A DNA stretch of 64,000 nt, taken from assembly GCA_951406725.2 (NCBI GenBank), contig OX597821.1, positions 103,230,001-103,294,000 of the forward strand, written 5' to 3'. Both the position numbers and the translations under genes were made by a program. This DNA comes from Octopus vulgaris (Eukaryota). Positions 13,671 through 27,537 of the stretch are shown piece by piece (the stretch's first letter is position 1; each line of letters starts with the position of its first letter). The notes beneath the pieces were generated by a model. It did no database searches. It had not been told where the DNA came from and was given only the letters and a program-made list of their open reading frames with translations.

Positions 13671-15769
13671 TAGTCAAAGATAGCGATGCAGCATAGAAAA
13701 TATTTGAAATAATGCATTTCATCAAAGGAAATCCCACAGTGGGAATGTAGTAATGTCACGAGATATATTCCAAGTTTGAAAACAAACGCGAGGCAACTAT
13801 CTGACAGCGGGATATCAACATCGTTGAAGGTTCTGCTCAGCATGAAACTTCAGAGCACAGAAATATAATGTGATGTTATAAAACAATTTATATATCATGT
13901 TCCGCACATCATGAAATATGGTGATATGAAGACAAAACTGACTTTGCTCATGTTTTTAACGTTTCAGAATAACTGAATAATAGCATGACGTCACAAACTA
14001 AAGCTTTATGAGACAAGGGAAAGTTTCTAAGTGACATGGTGGATCAGGCAATTAGAAATAGTGACCAAATCTCCCTCAAATTATACCCTGTGTTATTTGT
14101 TCCGTGTCTCTGCGTTTGAATTTGAAATTCATTTGAAGCCAGTTTTCATGGTTTCTGAGCCGATAAAATTAAGAAAATATTGGATGACGGTGGCCTTCGG
14201 TATGTTGCAGTTGGCAAAAATTCGGGGTGGCCACGGGTAAAATTCATATGGTCATACTGATGCTCCGTCAGGGATTACTCGGAGTTAAACAACAACAGCA
14301 ACAAAGACTAAAATCCAAACACGCTAATATGGTAATAGGTTGGGCTAGAACATTATGTGGGGAATTCCATATAGGCAGTCACCACGAGGTCACTAGATTT
14401 GCTAGAAAGAGCTGTCAACTTTCATTCATAACACACCTTTAACACAGCTATTAAATAAAACACTCGTAGGTAAACTGTGCCAAGGGAATGAAGGCAGGGT
14501 GGCTACGACTGGAATGCTTTTTATCATAGGTCGGCTTAGTCATATTTCATCTAGACCAATCAACAACTAACTATACAACGGCAATAGCGATGACAACGAC
14601 GACAACGACAACAATAACTACAACAATATGAATATCATATGATATGTGAGTGTGATATCGTGCGTTGTTTAATATTTAACTTTAACCTAGAGAACGTATA
14701 TACTGTACGTGTCAACTTTAAGGTTGTACCCTGTGAAATTTATAGTTTAATATCTGTGAAATGACCTGTTCTATTTCAGTAGTATCATGTCTCTGAGCAA
14801 AGATTAGGTTCTCCGGGCACAATGATAGAAATTTTATTTAATCATTCAATGTTCAGGCGATCCAATTGTAACTGTGCAAGCAATGGGTATAACAAGTTGT
14901 AAACAATTTATGTTTATTATGTTTTCAAATTTTTGAGATTATTTTGCAGAGGAATGGACTATCAGCGAAATAATACATTCTCTTATTGTTCATAACTTGT
15001 ACATGTTCCAAAAGCTAGCCAATATCTTGATGGTAGAAATCACTTGCAGATTCTATCAAGCCACATTTTAACATTTTCGTTATGCTTTATGATCTAAATT
15101 CAAAAGTTGTTGACAGAATAAATACAAAGATCAAGTGTTGTGTGGGGTGTGTGTTTATCATCAACTATTTGTACATAATAGGTCTATAGAGGACTATCTC
15201 AACTAGCCACAATTAAAGATAGCTGAACGATGTTGTTTATGCGATTAAATATTGTTGTCCTACATCTTCAATAAAATTACAGAATGGTTCACTCTTGCCT
15301 GACCTGGGTTTAAATTGAATCTCATTCGTTGCAATGTATGTAAACAGAAAAATTTCATGAAATATATGCAAAATATATATGAAAAATATGTGAAATATTA
15401 AGTCAATTAACGAAAATATCGATAATAAAATTCTAATTGATATATATAAATTTTTATTAAAACAAAACAAGCGGGTGAAGTAAATCTCGCGGTGTGAAGA
15501 ATCAACACAACACAACGTGCGGCTGTCATGGTTTCAAGCTGTTAATGCTTCGCTGTCTGTTGATTAGCTAAAATTACCCAAATTTCCTTACTTTAATTCC
15601 AAATAACATCAGATTCTTTAATTTACGAGATAAAGTAATTGGTTGATCGTGATCAAAATTCAGAGTTGCGTTGATTCACCAAAATTGAAAGCAATCTGAG
15701 CAAAATTAAAGGTGGGGGGGGGGGCTCATTTTGTGAATCAGTTTAACTAGATCCGATGTCAATGCCCAG

Positions 15770-15897
15770 ATGGTACTCATTCTATCGATCTCGAAATGAT
15801 GAAAGGCAAAGTCAAGCCTGACAGAATTCAAACTCAGAACGCAAACACGGACGATATACCGCTAAGCATGCTTACGATTTTACCAGCTCCCCGCCTT
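15770..15897 (-). mobile_element. SINE family A, decayed
   Basis: gatgaaaggcaaagtc...aactcagaacg...ccgcctt matches the family A reverse complement. Confidence 0.65.
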
Positions 15898-16332
15898 AAA
15901 CAGCAGAAATATTGATACCGTATGATCTGCTAAACACACGGAGATATGTATCATAAATAACACGATGATGCTGGGCGCTGCAATATCTGCGACGATGCTT
16001 CTGGAATGTTGTGATAGCCGATGCTGATATTTGGATCCATCAGGGAAATTATGAAGGGTAACAACCTGTCCTCCATATCATACTGCCCTGGCCTGGATCC
16101 TATCGAACATCCTTTACTGGAAAGACTGAACCTAACAACACATCAGAATGGACGCACCAGCCATGGCTACGTCGTCGACTTAACACATGGAGTAACAGTC
16201 ACCGGTTATCAGTCAGCGCTACAACTCAAACTACCGGGGTAATCCACAATAGGGGTCAGTGTGGGAGAGACTGCCTTTAAGATTCAACGCCCGGACACAT
16301 AAACACATACACATGCGCGCGCGCACACACAT

Positions 16333-16664
16333 AGGAGTGGCTGTGTGGTAAGTAGCTTGCTTATCAACCACATAGTTCCGGGTTCTGTCCCACTGCGTGG
16401 TACCTTAGGCAGGTGTAACTTCGGACAGCCCAAGACTTGTGAGTGGATTTGGTAGACAGAAACTGAAAGAAGCCCGTCGTTTATACAAATGTTTATGTGT
16501 CGGTGTTTGTCCCCCCACCATCGCTCGACAATCGATGTTGGTGTGTTTACGTCCCCCTAACTCAGTGGTTCGGCAAAAGAGACCGATAGAATAAGTGCTA
16601 GGCTTACAAGAATAGAATAAGTATTAGGCATGGATGCAGTCAAAATGACTGAAACAAATAAAAG
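16333..16664 (+). mobile_element. SINE family B copy
   Basis: Same head, body and tail as 55588-55986, with internal deletions. Confidence 0.85.
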
Positions 16665-16681
16665 TATATATATGTATATAT

Positions 16682-16860
16682 CCAAACAAGAAAAAAAGAC
16701 AACAACGCGAGGATGTGGAACAAATAAAGTATTATTGGACGCTCAGGAAAGAAAGGTATGACGTTTCGAGCGGAGCTCTTCGTCGGAAACATAGGAGAAA
16801 GAAAGATCCCGAGGCGGGAGGACAGAGGGAAAAAAATTGCAGGTAGTCTTCACGAGGTCA
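16682..16860 (-). mobile_element. (TA)n-embedded Penelope-like fragment with hammerhead-like motif
   Basis: Minus 16790-16756 reads gttt-CCGACGA-a-GAGC-tcc-GCTC-GAAA-cg-TC-atac. Related copies at 33518-33645, 45428-45496 and 47680-47850. Confidence 0.6.
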
Positions 16861-17624
16861 TATATATATATATATATATAGATATATATATATATATATA
16901 TATATGGCCAATAAAGAAATTATTATTATTATTATTCACATAGCACAAAATGTGTCCAAATTAAAAATAGAAACATGAAAATTGTCCAAGATTAAAATAA
17001 CTAACGTATTTACATAACATTTGCAACCTTTGTTATGTTTCCTCTGAGATTCCATCCATTCCATAGCCATCTATAGAGTTATTCATATATTCATTTATAT
17101 ATTTTTCCAATGTCTATTGTCGTAATTATACAGGAATCATCACAAACAACCACCAATCCTTATACACAGACAATATTCATTCTATCGGTATAACATGGCA
17201 ATTTTCATTAACAGCGTTTATTTCGTATACTACGATTAGTTTGGAACGGTTACACACAGGACCAGCGTAATTTTTTTTTAGGATTGGACCCAGATACATA
17301 AGCTATGCTCCATGTTATTTCAGAATAATATGACTTTCACTATCAGAGAATCGAAACCAATTCAATTTTACGATTCTATCGAGAAGGTAACGAAAGTTCA
17401 ATACAGAAATATGATAAAATTAATAAAAATAGATGTAATCATAATAATAATAATAATAATAATGATAATAATAATATAATAATAATAATAATGATAATAA
17501 TAATAATAATAATAATAAAGACACATTGCTGCATATTTTTTATTTACCAATTCCACATCACATTAGCTGATACAACCCATAGAAAGAGCGGCTAAATAAA
17601 GAGAAAATTACTAATATATATATA

Positions 17625-17671
<47 letters not shown>

Positions 17672-17782
17672 ATGCGTGTCTGTGAATCCGTGTGTGTGCA
17701 TGTAGAGCGAGAAATATAATAAATATAATTGCCAGATAAAATATTAAAAAGGAAAGTGAAACGAACGAATAGAATTTCAGTC

Positions 17783-17866
<84 letters not shown>

Positions 17867-18137
17867 TGATGATGATGATGATGATAATATTATTAAACCG
17901 TGAATATTAAGACCTTTCTCTACCGAGAAATAAACAATTCCCATTTAGAACACCTGTACACAAAAAAACCTTACAGCAACAATTATCTATATAAAAATGT
18001 ATACATACATGTGTGTGTCTGTGTATGTAGGTGTAGGTATAGGTATATATATATATGTATGTATATATATATATGTATTTACGTATGTATGTGTGTATAT
18101 ATATATATATATGCGTATACATATATACGTATATGCG

Positions 18138-18170
<33 letters not shown>

Positions 18171-18617
18171 GTTTCTTATCAATATATATGTTAATATTAG
18201 TATGTGTTTGTACCTATGCATTATATGTACTTGTACCTATATATACATAGATACACATACATATATACACACACACACCTACGTGCACACACACAAATAC
18301 AGACACAAACACACACTCATGCATATATCCATGCATATATTTACGCCCATTATTCACACAAGAATATAAAATTTACATAAGTCATTCATTCATTGAAACA
18401 TTTCATATACACCCGAAGCAAAATAAGGCAAACATTAATGATATATGGATATATGATCACACATACATACATACATACATACATACATACATACATACAT
18501 ACATACATGCATACACATGCATAAGCATATATATGTAAGAAATATATATATATATATATAAATGTATGTATAAGTATCTATGTATATATATATAAATATA
18601 TACAGGTATCACTCTCT

Positions 18618-18655
<38 letters not shown>

Positions 18656-18908
18656 ATACACACAAACACATACACATATATATATAGATAGATAGGTAAC
18701 GGTGAAAGTTGAAGATAGAAGCAACGAATATATTAACACAATAAAAATACTTATTTTATTTCATGATAAATATTTTATCATAAAAATTATTTCAATATTT
18801 TGTTGTGTTTTATAGAGTCTATCTTAATAAAAGTGACATAAGTACACATTACAAATATTATTGTACCGAATGACTTTATTTTATAAGATACGCTGTACAT
18901 ACATGTAT

Positions 18909-18957
<49 letters not shown>

Positions 18958-18972
18958 TTGTTATTCTCATGC

Positions 18973-19182
18973 ATTCCAGCCTAAAGGCTGTTGCCATGCA
19001 GGAACACGACTGTGTAATCACATTTTCCAAGGCCATTGTTATGTTGTTGGCTCTTGGTTAAGGAGGGAATTTGACGATGCTGCCCGCTTTTGGGTTTCTT
19101 GGTGTGTTGTAGGTTCATCTGGGATTTTGGACCGCAGGGGTCACATTGTTTCTTGAAAACATCTACCCTTACTCCACGTAGC
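18973..19182 (-). mobile_element. CR1-like LINE 3' end fragment
   Basis: Minus-strand translation gives LRGVRVDVFKK and SKIPDEPTTHQETQKRAASSNSLLNQ, homologous to the C-terminus at 30360-30495; a decayed tail motif follows. Confidence 0.75.
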
Positions 19183-19400
19183 TTAGTGGTTAGGGTGCTG
19201 TAATCATGGTCATAAGACTGTGATTTCGATTCCCGGACGTAGCGACGGGTTGTGTTCTTGAGCAAAACGCTTCATTTCAGCTGGGCCAGTCCACTCAGCT
19301 AAGAAAAAGGAGTAATCCTGCAACAGACTGGCGTTCCATCCAGGTGGGGGAACATACACGCCACAGGAATCGGGAAACAGGCCTTATGATCCATTTGATT
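19176..19400 (+). mobile_element. SINE family C-type head fragment
   Basis: tagcttagtggttaggg...ttcgattcccgg...tgtgttcttgagcaa. Confidence 0.7.
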
Positions 19401-19490
19401 TGCGAAGGATCTTTATCAAATCCTATATATAGATATGGCAAAGCAAACATCCCAAGTATTATACATTATTATTATTGGAAAAAATTCGAA

Positions 19491-19546
19491 GTCTTACAGC
19501 TGTTTCTGGGATATCCTACAGTATGGGATATTTTGTCACCGGAGAC
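19491..19546 (-). ncRNA. Hammerhead-like motif (core mutated)
   Basis: gtct-CCGGTGA-caaa-atatcc..ggatat-ccca-GAAA-cagctg-TA-agac; stems I and II and a palindromic stem III are present. Confidence 0.5.
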
Positions 19547-19587
19547 AAATCCCATATATATAAATATAAATAAAAATATAAATATAA

Positions 19588-19660
<73 letters not shown>

Positions 19661-20065
19661 ACAATTTAATAAATAAAACATATGCATACATACATACATA
19701 TATGTACATACCTACATCTATATGTTTATATACATGCATATATGGGTACAGGACACCAGAAATAAACGTAGAACACAACGGGAAACGAAAACATAAAACT
19801 AAACAAGGAAACGGACTTTTTTTTAACAACGAAAAAACAAAGTACAAGACAAACAACACAAGGAATATTCCCCTTCTTCAGCTGCCCCTGTTTCGACTCA
19901 ATGCGTGTTTCGAATGTTACTAGTAACGAACAAGACAGAGAAATATTCTATGCAAACGGAGGCCCACATTTTGTTTGAATGAAAGCTGTGTTGGAATAGA
20001 TGAATTTGTTGTTTCATAATGACCGCCGTCATATAGCTTGGGATTATAAGCAGACTTGTCTAGTT

Positions 20066-20240
20066 CAGTGATTCTCAACCATTTTTTTTTTTACCTTTGG
20101 ACCCCTTTGCTCACTATTCTATTCTAGTCGGCCCTCATAGCCATTAGATGTTTAAAAACTAGATTTATAGAAAGTTCTTTCAAAAATCCTATGTTTTTCA
20201 CACAGTAACTTGCATGAGTTGAACTACGCAAGACATTAGT
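20066..20240 (+). mobile_element. hAT-type MITE left part
   Basis: TIR cagtgattctcaac; internal homology (tggacc...catagccatt..atgtt.aaaaac) with 27288-27537. Confidence 0.55.
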
Positions 20241-20646
20241 TTAACTATATCAAAATTAATTTGATGAGATCGGAAAGTGACAAGTCGAGCGAATGCGTGT
20301 TATCTCTGTCATTGAAGTGTTTCTCTGCGTCAAAAAAAATACAAATTGACACCCATTTATCAACGTGTAGAAGAAAAATAAGCCTATCAAATGAGTAAGT
20401 ATTTATTCAGAATGAATCTACACTTAAATAATATTTAGCCCTTGACATTTCTTTCTCGCAGTTAATAAAAGAAACTTTAGATAATGATAGACCAAAGAAT
20501 CGAATTTCGAGTAATACTTCAACGACCTGTCTACTTGATATAGAAAAATTACATACGGCAAGTGACAGCATCGTTTCACACATATACGATTATTGGAGAG
20601 AAGTATTAGCTAGAATCATTAGGTCGACGAAGATAACAAATATATA

Positions 20647-20972
20647 AAAAAGACTCCGCCGGTTACGACGACGAGGGTCCCAGCTGATACGATCAACGGA
20701 ACAGCTTGCTCGTGAAATTAACGTGCAAATGGCTGAGCATTCCACAGACACGTGTACCCTTAACGTAGTTCTCGGGGATAATCAGCGTGACACAGAGAGT
20801 GACAAGGCTGACCCTTTGAAATACAAGTACAACTCATTTTTGCCAGCTGAGTGGACTGGAGCAACGTGAAATAAAGTGTCTGGCTCAAGGACACAACGCG
20901 TCGCCGGGAATCGAACTCACAACCTTACGATCATGAGCCGAATGCCCTAACCACTAAGCCACGCGCCCTCAC
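20647..20972 (-). mobile_element. SINE family C, young full-length copy with 13-bp TSD
   Basis: tRNA-like A/B boxes (gtggcttagtggttaggg; gagttcgattccc); TSD taacaaatatata at 20634-20646 and 20973-20985. Confidence 0.9.
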
Positions 20973-21736
20973 TAACAAATATATAGACATATTCTAAAGG
21001 TAAACAGGTATGGCTATGCAGTTAAGAAATTCGCTCCAACTCCAGATGGTCAAGAGATCGATAGAAGACTGCGTTACTTTAGGCGAGTTGAATTGACAAG
21101 TACGTTGAGTTCATTTTAGTAAACACAGAGCTTGCCTGACTATATATACACACCCCATATATATATATATATGCATGCATCATTTATATATATGTGTATG
21201 TATATACACTCACGTACATACATATAAATATATATTTGTATGTGTGTGTATGTATATATTTATATATGTATCTAAGTATTTATATATACACACACATAGA
21301 CACACTTGAAGAAAGATATTTCTGTGTGCGTATATATATATATGAATGTAAGGTTGCCTGACTATATATACACACCCCATATATATATATGTATGCATGC
21401 GCGTATCATTTATATATATGTGTATGTATATACACTCACGTACATACATATAAATATATTTGAAGAAAGATATTTCTGTGTGCGTATATATATATATGAA
21501 TGTAAGCTTATGCGCATATATGTCTACGTTTATTTTCATTGGTGAGAAAAGTGGTGTCGTATCAAACGTTCGACTGACCAATCGTTTGAGAGGTCGATAA
21601 AAATGTGCTTCAAATATGAGACTGAAATATGCTGCACTGGGTTTGGTACGATTGAACTAAAGCAACTTTCAAAGCGCCGTGTCCCAGCATGACCGCAGTC
21701 CAATAATTCAAGCCGATACGAGATTAAAAAGCATAC

Positions 21737-21871
<135 letters not shown>

Positions 21872-21913
21872 TAGATCGATACATACATGCATATATATAT
21901 ATACATATAGACT

Positions 21914-21945
<32 letters not shown>

Positions 21946-22084
21946 TACAATATATATATATATATATACATGAATATATATACACATATATAGATAAAGA
22001 AAAGAAGGAACACATATGGAAATGGATAAGTTTCAACTGAAATGAATACGAAAGTTCTGAGCCTACACATAAAAACGTTAAATA

Positions 22085-22126
<42 letters not shown>

Positions 22127-22178
22127 AGTATATATCTATGTGTATTTATGCGCGTATATATAAGTTTGTGCATATCTA

Positions 22179-22215
<37 letters not shown>

Positions 22216-22523
22216 ATATATATATGTGCATATATACATACATATATGTACGCATCAGATATGTTTAAATATTCTGTTCATTTCAAACAACGGCATTAGG
22301 AAGTACTCTCAGACGTATGAACATCTCATTGATCCCCGGAGGAAATAACAGCTGAAAGATTCTAAATACGAGTCCAAAGGCTTTTTAAAGTGATGCAAAA
22401 TATTATATTATATAACAATAAAATAAAAAAAAAGGAAAATAGAGATTAGATGCTGCTAAATAAATATTATAAAAGAGGCAACAAGTATATTGAATAGAGA
22501 TAGCTGCCTTGAAGATACGATAT

Positions 22524-22572
<49 letters not shown>

Positions 22573-22720
22573 AGATGAGGCATAGGGTGGGAAGTGATAA
22601 TCAATAACATCAGAAAACGTTATGACAACTTTTGTAAAAAGGTTTGAAAAGATCTTTTTTTCTGCATGTTTTTAGTTTTATCAGGTTTAAACATTACCAA
22701 ATATGAAATAATACTACTGG

Positions 22721-22786
<66 letters not shown>

Positions 22787-23087
22787 CACTCGGGGAATAA
22801 GTACATAACTCGATATTTCGATATGAATCGAGTTTATTCCCAATTTGTCATTGAATTCGTCGTATGTGACGTAATCTGTCTTTTTTTAGTTGTTCTTTTT
22901 GTAACTGGAAAAAATGGTTGAAACTAAGTTGTCCTGTGATGAATGCTTGTATGAAGATCCTGTACCACGAGAAGGTTACACTGTGTAACTCGATTTTTGT
23001 CCTTGGGTAGCAACTGTTTTTCCTCGTTTGCTTACCCTTAGAAAGTATGAAAATGGCTACTATTTCCTTCAAAATTTGCTTTTGTTA

Positions 23088-23255
23088 CAATTATTCAAAC
23101 CCCTAAGATTCCCTCTCAACACATATCTATGATCCTTTCCTACTACTCCTGCTCATGATCAGCGATGCGCGCATATTGTCAGCCACTAAGGGATATGCTC
23201 AAGTTTGTAAGGACAAGCGACTGACAAACAAACCTATTGTATTGAGCAGAATGTT
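23088..23255 (-). mobile_element. Fragment of family D repeat
   Basis: aattattcaaaccc...ccctctcaacaca...gtcagccactaa matches 63100-63260. Confidence 0.75.
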
Positions 23256-23661
23256 TAGAACAATGATATTTCTGCCTCAGCAACTTAGCGCTGAATCTGT
23301 CTGAAATGTAATGGAAAATAGGCCCGTTTCAAATCCTTGATGTCCAAGTGACAAAACCAAAGTTTGAAGGGAATAGTAGTCATTTCCCTTGATTTCTAAA
23401 TAGAAGTAAATAAGAAACAACACTAAGTGACCTATGACGAAGAAAAATTAAAACTTTGTTGCACAATGTTATAAGTTAGCAAACCTGCTAATGAAATACT
23501 AGTTAATTATGCGGTCAGTCCCCAATCTCAATTCTTTACGCTTCCCTTTCTCTCGCTGTATTTGTGTATATCTTTTATCGTTTACTTGCTTCTGTTATTG
23601 CACTGTGGTCAAACTGGAGCAGCACCATGAACTGTTTATGGTAATAAATCGATTCCAATAC

Positions 23662-23884
23662 TTACTCTTTTACTCTTTTACTTGTTTTGGTCATTTGACT
23701 GTGGCCATTCTGGAACACCGCTTTTAAAAGAGCAAATCGACCCCAGGACTTATTCTTTGTAAGCCTAGTACTTATTCTATCGTCCCTCTTGCCGAACCGC
23801 TAAGTTACGGGGACGGAAACACACCAGCATCATCGGTTGTCAAGCTATGCTGGGGGGACAAACACAGACACACAAACATACACA

Positions 23885-23938
<54 letters not shown>

Positions 23939-24101
23939 CGACGGGCTTCTTTCAATTTCCGTCTACCAAATCCACTCACAAGGATTTGGTCGGCCCGAGG
24001 CTAGAGTAAAAGATAATTGCCCAAGGTGCCACACAGTAGAACTGAACCCAGGACCATGTGGTTGGTAAGCAGTTTACTTACCACACAACCACTCTTGCGC
24101 C
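23662..24101 (-). mobile_element. SINE family B full-length copy
   Basis: Reverse complement of 55588-55986. Confidence 0.9.
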
Positions 24102-24419
24102 TTAATTTAAAGTCTGGTACGTATTCTATCTGTACCATGTACCAAATCGCTAAATTACGGGGAAGTAAACAAACCGACATAGGTTACCAAGCGGTGGTGG
24201 AATGACAAACAAAATCATACACACACACAAGCATATGCGATGGGCTCTTCCATACAGCATTTATCAACTAAACTTAGTCTCAAATCATTCCCCGGTAAAA
24301 AGGGTTGCCCAAGATGCCACCAAGTAGGATTGGAACCGGAACCGTGTGTTTGGGAATCAAACTTCTTACAACACGCCCCCGATGGCACCTATTTCGTGCA
24401 TAGTATTAAAAGTAATATA

Positions 24420-24620
24420 AGGCGGTGAGCTGGCAGAATCGTTAGCACGCCGGGCGAAATGCTTAGCAGCATTTACATTCCGAGTTCAAATTCCACCGAG
24501 CTCGAAGTTGCATTACATTCTTTAAGAGTTTTTAAATAAAAAACCGTTGAGCATTGCGGTTGATGCAATCGACTTAGTCCCTCTTCCGGAATTTCTGGCC
24601 TAGTGCCAAAATTTGAAACA
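24420..24620 (+). mobile_element. SINE family A copy (tail type 2)
   Basis: ggcggtgagctggcagaatcgttagcacgccgggcgaaatgcttagc... Confidence 0.8.
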
Positions 24621-24931
24621 AAAACGAAGAGATACATAGAAATTAACTCTGTTTATACAAAATGGTTGATTTCCTTTCTCTTGTTTGGCTTGAATACTGA
24701 TGTGTGATGTCTCGGCCAGATAAAGAGATTGCCGTCCAGCTTGAATGTATTAGAATGTTTAAATACAGTTATTCTGTATGTCGCTTCGTGTACTCTGCAT
24801 TCGCAATTTAATGGTTCTAGTGTTTGTTCACACTGACTAAACTCTATACTCATTCACCCATACACACACATACACAAATTATTAAGGTGGCTATTCGCAA
24901 TTTACAACCGAAACGTAGCAAGTATAGTCGT

Positions 24932-24972
<41 letters not shown>

Positions 24973-25107
24973 TGTATATATTATACATACACAGGGTGTT
25001 CGGGTTAATTTGTCGATTTATATTTATAACTGTGTATGTTCTTTCTGACACACACACGCGCGTGTGCACACTCATGATTGTTTTTACAATATAAAAAAGA
25101 ATTAAAT

Positions 25108-25316
25108 CGGCGAGCTGGCAGAATAGTTAGCACGCCGGACGAAATGCTTAGCGGCATTTTGTCTGTCTTTACGCTCTGAGTTCAAATTCAGCCGAGGTTG
25201 ACTTTGCCTTTCATCCTTTCGTGGTCGTAAAATTAAGTACCAGTTGCGTGTTGGGGTCGATCTAATCGACTGGACCCCTCCCCTAAAAATTTCGGGCCTT
25301 GTGCCTAGAATAGAAA
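25108..25316 (+). mobile_element. SINE family A copy (tail type 2)
   Basis: Same head and body; tail cccctcccta...cgggccttgtgcctagaatagaaa. Confidence 0.85.
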
Positions 25317-25811
25317 CAAATGGTATTAAAAAGAATTTTACATTAAACAGATAGATTACCTTATGCTTTCGTTGAGTCCAAATTTATTCTTAAGCAAGAA
25401 TGACTTAGATAGTGGCTTCGAAGTTTCATACGAGTATGTTGTATGTATGCATGCATGTATGTATGTATGTATGTATGTATGTATGTATGTATGTATGTAT
25501 GTATGTATATATGTATGTGTGTGTATGTGTGTATGCGTGTATGTATGTATAATCATAGCATCATAAAGAAGAATGAAATAAAGAAGAATTCGTTTAATAC
25601 TGTATTATTTTCGTGAAATTCCAATCCGACACGTGTTTCTGTTGGTTAAATGCCCAAAAGATTATATACTCTGTATGCTTTAGAAATACAATGAAGCAAA
25701 CACAGGATTTACCAATCAAGTAGAGTACCTTTGAATTATTTATCTTAAACACTTCAATATATTCCTATCATTCGTTGTGGTTAACCAGATCTAGATTACG
25801 TCTGAGTGCTA

Positions 25812-25986
25812 ATACACACACACACACACACACACACATATGTATATACATATATTTATATATATATATAAATATATATATATATATGTATATATATGTA
25901 TATATATACATATGTATAGATATGTGTATATATATGTGTTTATATATTTGTATAGATATATATATATTATATATATATATGTATGA

Positions 25987-26017
<31 letters not shown>

Positions 26018-26037
26018 ATATATATACATATATATAT

Positions 26038-26097
<60 letters not shown>

Positions 26098-26119
26098 GTA
26101 TATATATATATATGTATGC

Positions 26120-26150
<31 letters not shown>

Positions 26151-26181
26151 CATACATATATATACATATATATATACATAC

Positions 26182-26258
<77 letters not shown>

Positions 26259-26280
26259 ATACACATACATACATATATAT
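25812..26280. repeat. Long degenerate (TA)n tract
   Basis: Directly visible; representative of many similar tracts (10.8-11.1, 21.7-22.2, 31.6-32.7, 44.2-44.6 and 51.6-51.8 kb). Confidence 0.95.
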
Positions 26281-26385
26281 GGTGTTGCACGAATATTTTT
26301 ATTCAACTCTTTTTGTGCGAGCATTATAAATTCAAACTTCAGCAGGCTTTGTGCACATCAGTCATATATTGTTATAAGAACGATG

Positions 26386-27216
26386 TAGTATGTTAGGGCT
26401 AAATTTGACGATTTGTTATGTATCTTTTTCTCAACAACTTGATGTATTTGTGAACATTCAACGGTGTTGGAAAGCACAAAATTAAAGTTGTAGTTGAGAA
26501 ATGACATAGTGGACTAGAAGGCGTCGGAATATTCAAAAAGAGTTGCCTGCAGTATGATGATTCGATCGGATATGAAATTGCCGATATCATGAATGCTTCT
26601 GAGCGCTCTATAAAAGCTTTAAGACTTGAGATGGGAGCTGCAACGGAGCTTACGAAGCTGTGACCATGAGTGAGTGACACGGCATGTGTTCTGATTACAC
26701 CTGCTCACAGGCTTTCATCCTCACACTTTTGAATAGTGCTTAGGCTCAGTTCAGAAGGCTGTGACAAGCTGGCTGAGACTGTGGTTAAACCTTGGCTGGA
26801 GAAGGTGACGATGAAAAACCATACGTGTGGCAGCAGGATTTTACTCTTTGTCATACCTTCAGAAAGAGTCAAAAGTGATTCAGCAGCCCCAACTACTTCG
26901 AAATTTCTATGTGTGGGGCCCGGTTGAGAAAGACACCAACCGTTCTGCCTGCAACACTAAGGCCAAGTTGGTGGTCAAGATCTAGGAAATGTTCAAAGAT
27001 CTTCCTTGGGACAGAGTTTCAGACGTATACGTCAGATTTCGGAGCCGGCTAGAGTCCATGGTGAAAGCCGAGGGCAGTCACTTTGACTTAATTCTTATCT
27101 CTCAGCCATAATCTAGTTGACATTTTTGATTTTTCGAAATACTTTTATTCTTGGAAGGAATTTTGGATTTCGTTTTCCTTTTATGCAAGATGTCAACTTT
27201 AGCCCAAACATGCTTG
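26386..27216 (+). mobile_element. Decayed Tc1/mariner (maT/DD37D-like) element
   Basis: Left TIR tgttagggctaaatttgac matches the reverse complement of right-end gtcaactttagcccaaaca. Frameshifted remnant: VVKPWLEKV..KPYVWQQD, FYVWGPVEKDTN, FRSRLESMVKAEGSHFD. A solo TIR-like copy lies at about 24991-25020. Confidence 0.75.
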
Positions 27217-27287
27217 ATGTGTGTGTGTTAAGGAATAATTCCATCTTTTCTCTTTCCCGATCTCCTTCTTGTCTAGAGGTTCCTCAA

Positions 27288-27537
27288 ATATGGTTTCAAC
27301 CATTTTTAATTTATGGACCTCCTTTGATTGCTCTTTTACTTGGGGAGACCCTTCATAGCCATTCCATGTTAAAAAACCCTTATATCTTAATGATTAAATA
27401 TCATTAGAAATTGTATAAAAATGTGAAGATATATTTCTGTATTATGGAAATATAACCAGTTTATTGTACATAAATTTTAACAGCAAAATCTTACATGGAC
27501 CCTCAAGGGTCATGTCAACCTCAGTTGAGAACCACTG
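27288..27537. mobile_element. hAT-type MITE
   Basis: Right TIR gttgagaaccactg (27524-27537), decayed left tggtttcaac; same family as 20066. Confidence 0.6.

Noticed and set aside
16021-16242. YCPGLDPIEHP resembling Tc1 SPDLNPIE
   Set aside because: One weak motif with no TIRs or other catalytic motifs recognised.
19860-19920. Minus-strand GAAA...CTGAAGA permuted hammerhead-like arrangement
   Set aside because: Stems could not be paired convincingly in this copy; the same applies to 40633-40667 and 54198-54223.
20905-20972. tRNA gene calls for SINE heads
   Set aside because: A and B boxes are present, but I could not fold a complete cloverleaf; the heads continue into SINE bodies with TSDs.
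21134-21506. Local duplication of TA/TG-rich blocks
   Set aside because: Ordinary slippage-type duplication within low-complexity sequence.
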